DNA from: an uncultured Myxococcales bacterium
Lineage (GTDB): Bacteria; Myxococcota; B64-G9
DNA: 64,000 nt
Reading direction: 5' to 3'
Assembly: GCA_964513625.1 (NCBI GenBank)
Contig: CAZENH010000001.1
Coordinates: 241,642-305,641 of the forward strand
The position numbers were made by a program, and so were the translations under genes. This document shows positions 1-10,600 of this stretch, piece by piece; positions within the stretch are counted from its first letter, which is position 1, and each line of letters starts with the position of its first letter. A model generated the notes under the pieces. The model searched no databases. It was not told the origin of the DNA and saw only the letters and a program-made list of their open reading frames with translations.

Positions 1-957
1 GCCAGGCCAATCAGGTGAACGATCTTGGGATCGTTGAGATCGCGGACCTCGGCGGGTTCGAGCAATGGTTTGAATCTCTCGGACGCCAATGGCGGCAGAA
101 ACTTCCCCAGCCAGGATACGAACTCGTTTGTGGGTAGCACTCGCCGCATGAGATCTGCCTCGGCCAGGCATGGAGAGATAAAGTCCTCGCCGGAAGGCTC
201 GTAGTCTGTGGGACAGTTTCTGTCGTGCAGGTAGAAATCCTTGGCACGTTTATTGATCGTCTTCTCAAGCTCGGCATCGCCCACGATTCGGGCATAGTCC
301 AACATGTGCATCATGGCAAATGCAGTGTTGGGATGAGTGCCTGCGCGAATCGGAACGCTCAACGTTCGCAGGTAGTTGATACTGCGTCTCGAAAGCAGAT
401 GAGCCAGGGGCACAAGGTTGTGTTTCCAGCGCCTGGCTTCCGCGTCGTCGAAAGTGGCAAGCTCGGCGGACAGCCTCAGCAGCCAACCCCAGCCATAGGG
501 ACGTTCGAAGGTCTTGTTGCGTTCCATGTTCAGGTAGGCAAGCTCCTTCTCTAGTGCCTCCGCGCTGAGGTGTCTGTCCAGCTTCTTGCGGATGATGGCC
601 GCTTCCGGAATATCTGGAAATGTCTTGAGTAGTCGTACCAGAGCCCAGTGACCGTGCACGGCAGAGTGCCAGTCGAAACACCCATAAAAGGTCGGGGTAA
701 GTACAGCAGGTGGCTGAAGCGTGTCCAATCCGTCCAGGATGTTGCCAGGTTTGTTTGGATATTCCTTGTCCAGGCAGGCCAAAGAAAGCGCCGCGAACCC
801 GGAAGCTTGCCCGACAGTCAGGGCAAGTTCGGGTCTGTCGGGGATGGACGCTAGCAGTTTTGGTAGTGATTGATCTTCCTGGCAAGACTGGACTAACAGG
901 CAGGACGCGGTGATGAGGACTACCGGGACACAGATGGTTGTGCTGATAAGTTTCACG
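1..957 (-). CDS. DUF2891-like secreted protein, partial. The C-terminus lies beyond the window start. GTG start at 957 and a signal-peptide-like N-terminus (VKLISTTICVPVVLITASC).
   Basis: Manual minus-strand translation gives an uninterrupted frame from 957 to 1: ...FYGCFDWHSAVHGHWALVRLL...ERPYGWGWLLRLSAEL...NTAFAMMHMLDYARI... The ORF track omits it because it runs off the window. Confidence 0.5.
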
Positions 958-1069
958 AAATCAGGCTATCAAAAACTACACGGGTTTGCCAGACAACTCA
1001 CGCGTTGTTCTTGACCGGGGACCTATGGCGGGTTAGCATTTCAGCGCTTGTTCACTGATACGGAGAGGA

Positions 1070-1276
1070 TTGATGAATCTGGCTGGTGACCCTGACGGCT
1101 TGGTCGAACTCAAGCGGATCAAGGAAGAACGTAAGGATTTCTTGCGATTCCTGATTACTGAGGCCAAGACGAGCTTTGCGAGAGAGGCGATCTTCAAAGG
1201 TTCCGACGGCAGGCACTGGAAACTCGTCTTTCACGGCCAGCGCGACGAACTCGAGGTGACCCTGGCCGATAGCTGA
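1070..1276 (+). CDS. small hypothetical protein (68 aa)
   Basis: ORF sitting in an intergenic gap, basic/acidic and helical-looking. No recognisable motif. Confidence 0.25.
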   Translation: MMNLAGDPDGLVELKRIKEERKDFLRFLITEAKTSFAREAIFKGSDGRHWKLVFHGQRDELEVTLADS

Positions 1277-1303
1277 CAAGGTCGACTTTAAGGAGATCGA
1301 GAG

Positions 1304-1774
1304 ATGCCTGTTTGTCCTGTTTGTCTTTGTGAGTTCAGAGAGGGATTCACCCATTGTAACACCTGCGATGTCGAGCTCGTAGACCATCTGGAAAAGGAGA
1401 TGGAACTCAGCGAAGAGAATATTCGCGAGGCCCTTGAGGGTAAAGAACTGGTGCTCGTCACCCGTGGCGAATTGGAAGTAGTCAAGGAGACGCGTGACCT
1501 TTTGTCATCGCGTCGAATAGCCTCGATCGTGGTCGATGACGAGGAGGCCAAGCTGCCTCCGGGTGCGCCCCCGAGGGTCATGCTGGCAGTGAACAAGGAC
1601 GATGTCGAGGCCGCTGCCAGAGTTCTGGGCGACAAGTTTCAGCAGATGGTTGCCGAAGAAGGGCAGGAGCTTGCCGCCGAGCTGAACTACGACTCGTGTC
1701 CCGCCTGTGGCACGAAGATCCCGGATAAAACGGAGGAGTGCCCCGAATGCGGGCTCTTCGTAGGGAAGGCCTGA
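1304..1774 (+). CDS. double zinc-ribbon protein (156 aa)
   Basis: N-terminal CPVC...CNTC and C-terminal CPAC...CPEC cysteine pairs flank an acidic linker. GGAG-like Shine-Dalgarno sequence (SD) upstream. Confidence 0.5.
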   Translation: MPVCPVCLCEFREGFTHCNTCDVELVDHLEKEMELSEENIREALEGKELVLVTRGELEVVKETRDLLSSRRIASIVVDDEEAKLPPGAPPRVMLAVNKDDVEAAARVLGDKFQQMVAEEGQELAAELNYDSCPACGTKIPDKTEECPECGLFVGKA

Positions 1775-3849
1775 TATTTCTTATCACCTTGGCCGGACTA
1801 GCGACTGCTCCTGTGGTGCGGGCCGGGCAGGGTCTGAGCATTCTGCCTCCGCCTGGTTGTATTCCGGCGGACGGTGGGCCTGCTTTCAATGTTTTCATAT
1901 ATGTCTGGGGAAGATCAGGCCGGGGTGAGCTAGTGCTGAAGGCAGAGCACGGCTCGTTTGACGAAAGCCGCGAGATCATGGGCGGTCTGTACAGCGCGAC
2001 CTATCATCCCGCACAGATTGCAAATAACAAAAAGACCGTATGGAGAGCTTTATGGAAAGAAGAGGGCACCAAGGACACTCAGCGTGCCATTGTCGGGAAG
2101 CGCGAGGTTGAGCTTTGCCCATTACCGGTAGGCAAGGTGGAAGTGCAGTCCAAACCACGGAAATTGCTTGCCGGTGAGGGACAGCAGGCATTCTTGAGCA
2201 TCCGGGTAAGCGATTCGGCCGGACAGCCGGCCGCCGGGCTGCCGTTGGAGATCACGACCAACGTCGGCCGAATCAAGAATTTTTCCGATCTCGGTGATGG
2301 AAATTACGAGGCGATTTTCCTGCCGCCTGGCGATCCCTATCCTCAGGTGGCGATCATCATGGTGGCGAATCCACAGGGTGCTCGCCTCGACCGCGTTGCC
2401 GTCGCCCGAGCAGTGATTCCAATAACGGCCCGCATTGAGCTTCCCGGCAAGACGGCGCCTGGCACCAGAATGGAGATGACGATCGCCGGGCGCAGGTTCG
2501 GTCCGGACATTGCCGACGAGAAAGGAAATTTCAAGATTCCGATCCTGGTACCGCCGGGTTACGGCAAAGGCCGGGCCATGTCGGTTGACAGGGTTGGCAA
2601 CAGGCGTAGTCGCTTGGTAAATCTTTTCTTGCCCGAAACCAACCAACTCGGCCTATGGGCCTACCCGCGCAGACTGCCGGCCGACAGCCGTTCGCGGGCC
2701 AGGCTGCTAGTCACCACCATCGACCCCTACGGAGTTCCGACCAGCATTGGCGGCGTGCGAATCAAGGCCGGGCAAGGCAGAGTCGGCAAGATCGAAATGA
2801 TAGGGAAAGGTCTTTACGAGGCGTATTACACAGCACCTGCCGAAGTCGGCAACGGTACAGATCTGATCGAGGTTCACTTTCCCACTGGGGGTCATAAGAG
2901 CAGGGCCACGGTTGAGATGAGCGTGCTTCCGGGACAGCTTGCAGGGGTGTCGCTGGAGGCACCTAGTTCAATGCCGGCCGACGGTAAAACGACTGGCGAA
3001 GTGATTGTCAAGGTTCGCGACGCCCGAGGAAACCCGGTAGCGGGAAAAACCGTAACCATTCAGGCGCAGATCGCCAAAATTTCAGACGTAGTTGAAAGCG
3101 CGCCCGGTTTACATAGGGCGACATTCAGTATCCCTACTGGCCCGCGGGCCTGGACCGATAGACTTAACGTGGAAGTGCGCGAGACGCCTGGAGGCGAGCC
3201 GGACAGGCTGCTGGTTGCGCCTGACAGCCTGAGTTCTTCCGGGGACGGAAGTCTTACAATTCGAGCGGCTCTTGTCGACGGCCTTGGAAGGCCCGTTGAG
3301 GGTCAATCTGTTGTTCTAGAGGGACTATCATCAAGACTTACAGCAAAAAGTGACGAATTCGGGCTGCTCGAATTCCCTCTCGGAAGAATTCACATGGGCG
3401 ATGGAGTAATACCGCTCAATCTCGAATGTGCGGGAGGCCGCGTAGGCCGGATGGTCTACCTTGTGTCAGGAAAGGGCGGCACAGTTTTGTTGCCTATAGA
3501 CCTCGATGCAGCTTTGTTGCCCGACAAACCGTTTTCCAGTCAGGCCGAGTTGCAGATCTACCCGGCTGCTCCGCTGGAACTGCGGCTGGACGCAAAACCT
3601 AAAGGTAGAAAATGGATAGTCTCGGCGCACTTGGTTCCCGAATCGGCCGTAAAAGACAGAAAGACGCAGGTTGTCTTTGCGACATCGGCCGGCAAAATCA
3701 CAAAGACACGTAAGCTATCGCCGGCAAGTTTCGAGACCACGCTGGATCCGGGCCAAGGTGGCTGGCACAGCATTTTCATATCCGCCACTGAAAGCGAGAG
3801 TCATATAGGAGCCGTGCTGAAGATAGTCGAGGGTGGGCCAAGACCTTGA
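1747..3849 (+). CDS. secreted bacterial Ig-like (Big_1/invasin-type) repeat protein
   Basis: Signal peptide MRALRREGLIFLITLAGLATAPVVRA. Repeated motifs of the form ...GKTTGEVIVKVRDARGNPVAGKTVTIQAQ... / ...SLTIRAALVDGLGRPVEGQSVVLEG... I chose ATG 1747 (GGAGGAG SD 8 nt upstream) over the track's GTG 1738. Confidence 0.55.
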   Translation: MRALRREGLIFLITLAGLATAPVVRAGQGLSILPPPGCIPADGGPAFNVFIYVWGRSGRGELVLKAEHGSFDESREIMGGLYSATYHPAQIANNKKTVWRALWKEEGTKDTQRAIVGKREVELCPLPVGKVEVQSKPRKLLAGEGQQAFLSIRVSDSAGQPAAGLPLEITTNVGRIKNFSDLGDGNYEAIFLPPGDPYPQVAIIMVANPQGARLDRVAVARAVIPITARIELPGKTAPGTRMEMTIAGRRFGPDIADEKGNFKIPILVPPGYGKGRAMSVDRVGNRRSRLVNLFLPETNQLGLWAYPRRLPADSRSRARLLVTTIDPYGVPTSIGGVRIKAGQGRVGKIEMIGKGLYEAYYTAPAEVGNGTDLIEVHFPTGGHKSRATVEMSVLPGQLAGVSLEAPSSMPADGKTTGEVIVKVRDARGNPVAGKTVTIQAQIAKISDVVESAPGLHRATFSIPTGPRAWTDRLNVEVRETPGGEPDRLLVAPDSLSSSGDGSLTIRAALVDGLGRPVEGQSVVLEGLSSRLTAKSDEFGLLEFPLGRIHMGDGVIPLNLECAGGRVGRMVYLVSGKGGTVLLPIDLDAALLPDKPFSSQAELQIYPAAPLELRLDAKPKGRKWIVSAHLVPESAVKDRKTQVVFATSAGKITKTRKLSPASFETTLDPGQGGWHSIFISATESESHIGAVLKIVEGGPRP

Positions 3850-6800
3850 AGCTGCGCGCGACAGCTTGCCTGCTGTGCCTGGTTGTTGCGATGCAGCTGT
3901 CAAGGGCTGCGGATGCCGGAATTTCGACGATTGGGCAAGGGGCAGTACTAGGCAGAGTATTTCTGGATCTCGATGGCGATGGAAAGTGGTCCTCAGGCGA
4001 CGCCGGCCTGATTGGTATCCGCGTGTTTGCTGACAGCGGCGAAGAGGCATACACCGATTTCGATGGGCGCTATCACCTGGTGCTTCTGAAATCCGGATAC
4101 GAGGTCTTGGGCGGGCACGTGCTGAAAGTGGATATTTCGACTATCCCGGCGGGCACAAGCGTCTTTCCCTCGAACAGGCGACTGGTTCATCTCACACCTG
4201 CCCTGGTCGAGAGGGTTGACTTTTCGGTAAGACAGAAGAAGGACAGACCGGGCTCGGAAAAGCCGCCCGTGGTCGAACCTGCCGGTCGCAGGGCGCCTGC
4301 CTTGCTGATACCTGGTTCCGGGACACTTACCACCAACCTGAGCGGGATGGTTCCCGAAGGTTGCCGGGTTAATGTAGATGGCAGACCTGTCGCGACCGAT
4401 CCTGCAGGGATGTACCTGATCAACGTGCCTGTTCGACCGGGCCTCAACCCCCACTTGGTCATTTTGCAATGTGACGACGGCCGATTACAGATGTTCGTCT
4501 CTGAAATTCACTGGGTTAGGCGTAGGGAGGGCGGAGACCTGATTGTGCCTGCCAGGCCGCGTCTGTTGGCCTCATGCAATGGCCCCCCAGCGAGTGGCGT
4601 ACCGCGTTGTTCGTCAATTGCTATTAGTTGCAGGCCTCATGCAGATGTGAGCCTGGATATTGGCAAAGGTCGCGTCTATGTGGTTCCAGCGGAAAGCCGG
4701 GCAGTTACATTCATGCTGCCAGTAGAGCCCGGAGCCAACGACTTTCCTGTCGAGTTGCAAAGCTCTAGGGAAGGAGTTGCCGCGCTTCACGGCTTGGTTA
4801 GCTGGCATGTGGGTCATGTACGTCTGAGTGGTGCCTTGCTCGGCAACCTATCATTTTCGTATGGGGACGGAGTAGCTATTTTGGGCAGCCGGTTGAGCGG
4901 CCAGATGCGTGCTGATCTTCCTGCAGACCTGAAGTTGACTCTCACAGGTGGCATGGAACTAGCTGATAATAGAGATTATTCTGTTTTAGATCTCATCGGC
5001 CCAGCCTGGAACCCGTGGATTTTCGAGCGCAACCCCGATCCCGAAACCAGCTTTCCCGAGCTTGCCGATCAGTCACTGGTTTCAGATTCGAGCCCGGCCT
5101 CCGGGCGCTATTCGCTTCGCCTTAGCAGAAAAAGTTCTTTTCTTGGCTGGGGTACGTTTCAGACGGGGGCCGGTAGCAATAGTGAAACGGGAACTTTCAC
5201 TCGCTCTCTTGTTGGCGCTTACGCTTCGCTAAAGCCTTTTCAGGATGTCTTTGACGGTTCTGAGCCGGTTTTTGATATGACGCTTGAGGGGTTTTTTGCC
5301 CAGCCACAGCGCGCGCACTCGCAAACGATAAGTAGTCTTAGCCCACAGCAAGCTTCCGAATTGGCAAGCCTTCCATCCCACGAGGAATTCTTGGCCACTG
5401 GAGGCAGCCTGTACTTTTTGGGCCACCAGTGGGTTGTCGAAGGAAGCGCCCGGATCGAGGTTGTCAGGCGAGACGCCCGAACTGGACTGAGCCTGGATAG
5501 AAAGACCTTACGCCGGGATATCGACTACCAGGTAGACTGGATCTCCGGCAGGCTGCTGCTGACACGGCCGGTTGATTACGGATTTACCAGTCAAGTCATC
5601 CGTCTCGTGCCGACGGGAGCGAACAATACAATTTTGACGGTCGATTACGAGTATCTCGACCTGCCTGCCGACGAAGTCGATTACAACCTGGCGGGAGGCA
5701 GTTCGACTCTGACGTTACGCCCGGGAGGCGGCGTGGCTGTTTCAGGTACCTTCACCGGAGTCGCCCAGGGATTCGACAACTCGACCTACCGTCTCTACAG
5801 TGGCAAGGCCAGCGCCACTTTCGGCCGGGCGGGGGAAATCTGGGCCGGCTACAGCCGCAGCAGTGGCCTTATGACCAAGCCGGCCTACTCGATTGACGGC
5901 GGGCTGAGCTTCTCTTTTGCTCCGCCTTCGGGGCAGGATAGAGACTCGGGCGAGGCCTACGAGGCCGGCGGCAGGCTTTCGCTCTCATGGCTTCGGGCAC
6001 GGGCGCTTTGGCGCAGGGTCCTTTCGGGTTACGCCGATACCAGTCTGCTTGTCGGCCAGGACCTTTCGCAGGGACTTATTTTGCTAGAGGCATCACCCCT
6101 GCAATCGTTCGACATCCAGGGACGTTTTTCGGGGACGGAGACCGTGATTGGCCAGCAGGGCGGGCATCTCTATGACGGGATGCTGGGTGCCAGCTACCGC
6201 GTGCTAGACGATCTGGTACTTTCTGTTCAGGGTGCGGTCGACTATGGGGACGGAGGTTTCGGGGAAGGCCACCGGGCACTGGCAGGTGTCCGCGCGAGTT
6301 ACCGGGTGTCGCGCTTCTTGACTATGGTGGCAGGTCATCAGCAGACTTTGTTGGCCGAAGGCTCGGGTCCGTCTTCAAAAGATGCAACCCTCAGTACCTT
6401 AGGATGTGAGTTCGGCGCCTTTGGATACCGACTCGGAGTCGAGGGAGGATATGGCCACGAGCTGGGCAACCTGGTGTCGCTGTATGTCAACAACGACGAT
6501 AAGGATGGACACCAGGTTTTCGCCAATACGACTTTCGCCGTCGATCACGGCGCAGTCAGGGCTGGCGGCCTGACCACCGGTCAGACAGCCCGGGCCGGCG
6601 AGGGGCTGCTCGTGAGCACCAGCCAGACATTCGGCATGGACCGCGACAGGACTGCGCGCGGCCAAAGAGTCGGCCTGGAAGTTCCGATCGGCACGGTCTG
6701 GCATTTGCATTTGGCCTACGAGAGAGCCGAACTAGAGCAGGGGGGCAGCCAGGAGTTTATACGCGATAGTCTCTACAGTCCTTTCTTCGACCGGGGACTG

Positions 6801-7649
6801 TGGAATCTGACAGGTCCTGGAAGGCGCAACGCCCTCTTCAGCCGATTGTCTTACATCAAAAAGCGACTGGCCTTGTCGGCAAGCGGCGAGTACCGTGTCG
6901 ACGAGTACCTGCCCCTTGCCGGTGCAATGGGCCTCGGAGGCCCCGACCCGACCACTCACCGTCAGACTGTTCTGACGCTGGCCGGGCGCTATAACCTGGC
7001 CGAGGGACTGGCACTGGGTTCTCGTGTAGCCTGGGCCGAGACATTCGGCTCTGCCAACGGAGCTGACGGACCTGGCGTGCCGGAGGGAGGCATGCTTGAG
7101 GCGTCTTTTGGGCTGGCCTACCGTCCACCGAAAATCGACTGGCTTCGCCTACTGCTCAGGGCTTCGGCCGGACGCGATGATCGGCCCGAGGTGTATGCTT
7201 CAACCGCGATTCCCGTCCAGCTCGTGACCTGGTACACGGGCTCTGTCGCCGTCATGATGCGACCCATCAAGTACTTCCAGCCGACTCTGGTGGTCGCTCC
7301 CTGGTACAAGGAATCGCGCAGTACGGGGCAAGCGCCTGGAAAGTCTACTGAAACTGGTGTGTTAGGACTCGTACGGCTAGGTTCCGAGATCGCCTGGGGA
7401 CTAGGACTATCAGGAGAGATCCGGCTGGGTTGGGTTGAGCGTGATCTGCAGGCAATGCCGCCTCTGGGAGAAGGTTTCGAGATCGGCTACGGCGCGGAGA
7501 TATTCTACCTGCTGGAAGGTCCCGATGTCGGGGCCTTGCGCCTGGGGGTCGGCTACAGCTTCTCGGATTTGCCGGATCCGTTGCTGGGGCTGCCGGATTT
7601 GGGAACCGGTCGCAAGGGAGTTTTTGTGCGCCTGGAAGGAATGCTCTGA
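3846..7649 (+). CDS. large secreted protein (1267 aa), possibly outer-membrane or surface associated
   Basis: TTG start whose stop/start overlaps the upstream gene, giving a canonical signal peptide MKLRATACLLCLVVAMQLSRAADA. The C-terminal third is Gly/Tyr/Ser-rich and beta-rich. Confidence 0.5.
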   Translation: MKLRATACLLCLVVAMQLSRAADAGISTIGQGAVLGRVFLDLDGDGKWSSGDAGLIGIRVFADSGEEAYTDFDGRYHLVLLKSGYEVLGGHVLKVDISTIPAGTSVFPSNRRLVHLTPALVERVDFSVRQKKDRPGSEKPPVVEPAGRRAPALLIPGSGTLTTNLSGMVPEGCRVNVDGRPVATDPAGMYLINVPVRPGLNPHLVILQCDDGRLQMFVSEIHWVRRREGGDLIVPARPRLLASCNGPPASGVPRCSSIAISCRPHADVSLDIGKGRVYVVPAESRAVTFMLPVEPGANDFPVELQSSREGVAALHGLVSWHVGHVRLSGALLGNLSFSYGDGVAILGSRLSGQMRADLPADLKLTLTGGMELADNRDYSVLDLIGPAWNPWIFERNPDPETSFPELADQSLVSDSSPASGRYSLRLSRKSSFLGWGTFQTGAGSNSETGTFTRSLVGAYASLKPFQDVFDGSEPVFDMTLEGFFAQPQRAHSQTISSLSPQQASELASLPSHEEFLATGGSLYFLGHQWVVEGSARIEVVRRDARTGLSLDRKTLRRDIDYQVDWISGRLLLTRPVDYGFTSQVIRLVPTGANNTILTVDYEYLDLPADEVDYNLAGGSSTLTLRPGGGVAVSGTFTGVAQGFDNSTYRLYSGKASATFGRAGEIWAGYSRSSGLMTKPAYSIDGGLSFSFAPPSGQDRDSGEAYEAGGRLSLSWLRARALWRRVLSGYADTSLLVGQDLSQGLILLEASPLQSFDIQGRFSGTETVIGQQGGHLYDGMLGASYRVLDDLVLSVQGAVDYGDGGFGEGHRALAGVRASYRVSRFLTMVAGHQQTLLAEGSGPSSKDATLSTLGCEFGAFGYRLGVEGGYGHELGNLVSLYVNNDDKDGHQVFANTTFAVDHGAVRAGGLTTGQTARAGEGLLVSTSQTFGMDRDRTARGQRVGLEVPIGTVWHLHLAYERAELEQGGSQEFIRDSLYSPFFDRGLWNLTGPGRRNALFSRLSYIKKRLALSASGEYRVDEYLPLAGAMGLGGPDPTTHRQTVLTLAGRYNLAEGLALGSRVAWAETFGSANGADGPGVPEGGMLEASFGLAYRPPKIDWLRLLLRASAGRDDRPEVYASTAIPVQLVTWYTGSVAVMMRPIKYFQPTLVVAPWYKESRSTGQAPGKSTETGVLGLVRLGSEIAWGLGLSGEIRLGWVERDLQAMPPLGEGFEIGYGAEIFYLLEGPDVGALRLGVGYSFSDLPDPLLGLPDLGTGRKGVFVRLEGML

Positions 7650-7682
7650 GTTCGTTGCCTGAAGGCTACAGAAGCGGCTACA

Positions 7683-10600
7683 ATGAAAGCAGATATGTTT
7701 CCCAAGAGAATCACAACCTGCTCGGCATTAGTGCTGGCTATTCTTATGGTTGCCGCACGGGCGGGCGCCGCGGGCTGGATAGAACTGAGCGGCACCCCGG
7801 CGACAGCGACCTATCATGATGTCTACTTCATTGACGCGAATAACGGTTTCATTGTCGGTGAAGACGGCAGCGGCAATGGAGTGATCCTGAGAACGACAAA
7901 CGGGGGCAATGCCTTTACCGATTGGGTTGCACCAACAGTGACAGGTGCAACTTTGAACGGCGCTCCGTTGTGGAATATCTTCTTTCTCGATAGTAACAAT
8001 GGCTGGGTTGTTGGCGAACATGGCACTATAAAGTATACCAGCGATAGTGGAGCCAACTGGGATGACTACTCGACTTCCGGGTTGACCGGCACCGAGCCAC
8101 TGCACGCGGTTTTTTTCTCGAGCGTCGACAAGGGCTGGGTGGCTACTTACAACGAGACTATTGGCGGCGCAGTCTACGTTAAGCCCGATGCTCTTACAGA
8201 TTGGTCAGCGGCTATTATGAATGATCAAGTCGGCATTCGCGACCTAGTGTTCCTGGATTCGAATCATGGTTTCGCATCTGGATACGCAATAACTAGTACC
8301 AGCCTGCTGGAATCAACTGACGGCGGCAATATCTGGAATCTGGCCAATATTGGTGCGCTCAGCATGAACTATGTATACAAGATGGCCATGGTCAACTCGA
8401 ATGAGTTGTGGGTGACCGGCGTCTGGGTCCCTGCGAATTTTTCGAGTTTACTTTTGTACAATGGATCCGCCTGGAGTGCTCCAGGAAGTGTCACATCACT
8501 GAATCTCAGCGACATCGACTTCGTGGGAAGTACGAGTGACGATGGTTGGGCGGTCGGACCCGGCAGTACCATTCAAATCCGCTCCGGCGGGGCGGCCTGG
8601 GTCACAGAGTCGACGACGGCCACGTCCGATCTCGAGGGCGTCGCAGCCATAGACACGCTGAATGCCTTTGCCGTGGGAACCAATGGAGTCATCCTGCGCA
8701 GAGGCTGCAGCGGCGATCCGGAATGCGACGACGGTCTTTACTGCACTGGCATGGAAACCTGTTCCAGCGGCGTCTGTACGCATGCGGGCGATCCGTGCCT
8801 TACTGGCTCCGAGTGCGACAATGTCTGCAACGAGGGCGCCGGCAATTGCAACGTCGTGTCCGGCACGGCCTGTACCGACGACGGCAACGTGTGTACCGAT
8901 GATCAATGCGACGGGACCGGGAGCTGTGGACACCCTGCAAACAGCGCTTCTTGCGACGACGGACTTTATTGCAACGGCTCGGATACTTGCTCCGGGGGTG
9001 TCTGCAATCATTCAGGCGATCCGTGTCTTACTGGCTCCGAGTGCGACAATGTTTGCGACGATATGGTCGACAACTGCCACGCAGCGATCGGTACCGGCTG
9101 TACCGACGACGGCAACCTGTGTACCGACGACCAGTGCGACGGGGCGGGAGCTTGTGGGCACCCGGCAAACAGTGCTTCTTGTGACGACGGGCTTTTCTGC
9201 AACGGGACCGATAGTTGTTCGGGAGGTACCTGCAGCGTCCATGTGGGCGATCCCTGCCTGACTGGCCCCGAGTGCGCCAATGTCTGCAACGAGGGCGCGG
9301 GCAATTGCAACGTCGTTTCCGGCACGGCCTGTGCCGACGACGGCAACGTGTGTACCGATGATCAATGCGACGGGACGGGGACGTGTGGACACCCGGCGAA
9401 CAGCGCTTCTTGTGACGACGGGCTATACTGTACCGGTGTGGACAGCTGTTCCGGGGGAGTCTGCAATCACACGGGCGATCCGTGTTTGGGCGGCCCCGAG
9501 TGCGATAACGTCTGCGACGACGTGGCCGATAACTGTAACGCAGCGATCGGCACCGGCTGCACCGACGACGGCAATGTGTGCACCGACGATCAGTGCGACG
9601 GTGCGGGGACGTGTGGACACCCGGCAAACAGCGCTTCTTGTGACGACGGGTTGTACTGTACCGGTGTGGACAGCTGTTCAGGGGGCGTCTGCAATCACAC
9701 GGGCGATCCGTGTTTGGGCGGCCCCGAGTGCGATAACGTCTGCGACGACGTGGCCGATAACTGTAACGCAGCGATCGGCACCGGCTGTACCGACGACGGC
9801 AACCTGTGTACCGACGACCAGTGCGACGGGGCGGGAGCTTGTGGGCATTCTGCAAACAGCTTGCCTTGTGACGACGGGCTATTCTGCAACGGAACTGATA
9901 GTTGTTCGGCAGGTGCCTGCAGCGTGCATGTGGGCGATCCCTGCCTGACTGGTCCCGAGTGCGCCAACGTCTGTAACGAGGGCGCGGGCAATTGCAACGT
10001 CATATCCGGCACGGCTTGCACCGACGACGGCAACCTGTGTACCGACGACCAGTGCGACGGGACAGGAGCTTGTGGACACCCGGCGAACAGCGCAAATTGC
10101 GACGACGGGCTTTATTGCAACGGTGTGGACGCCTGTTCCGGGGGCGTCTGCAACCACACCGGAGACCCGTGTTTGGGCGGCCCCGAGTGTGACAATGTCT
10201 GCGACGACGTGGCCGATAACTGCCATGTTTCTATCGGCACCGGCTGTACCGACGACGGCAACGTGTGTACCGACGACCAGTGCGACGGGGCGGGAGCTTG
10301 TGGACACCCGGCAAACAGCGCTTCTTGCGACGACGGGTTGTATTGCAACGGTGTGGACAGCTGCTCCGGAGGCGTCTGTAACCACACCGGCGACCCGTGT
10401 TCAGGCGGCCCAGAGTGCGACAATGTCTGCGATGATATGGCCGACAACTGTCATGTTGCGGCTGGCACCAGCTGCACCGACGACGGCAACGTGTGCACGG
10501 ACGATCAATGTGATGGGGCGGGAGCTTGTGGACACCCGGTAAACAGCGCTTCTTGCGACGACGGGTTGTATTGCACCGTGAACGACAGGTGCTCTGGCGG

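Noticed and set aside
3758-3775. TGGCACagcatTTTCA, a sigma-54 -24/-12-like string (also TGGCACG at 243)
   Set aside because: The -12 element is TTTC rather than the invariant TTGC. Both lie inside coding sequence on the wrong side of any start.
9028-9855. 275-aa Arg/Cys-rich minus-strand ORF, plus other long alternative-frame ORFs in 8.5-10.7 kb (8496..9011, 8662..9261, 9280..9948, 9879..10385)
   Set aside because: These are frame shadows of the highly repetitive GC-rich cysteine-repeat gene 7683..11576. They are low-complexity and have no start context.
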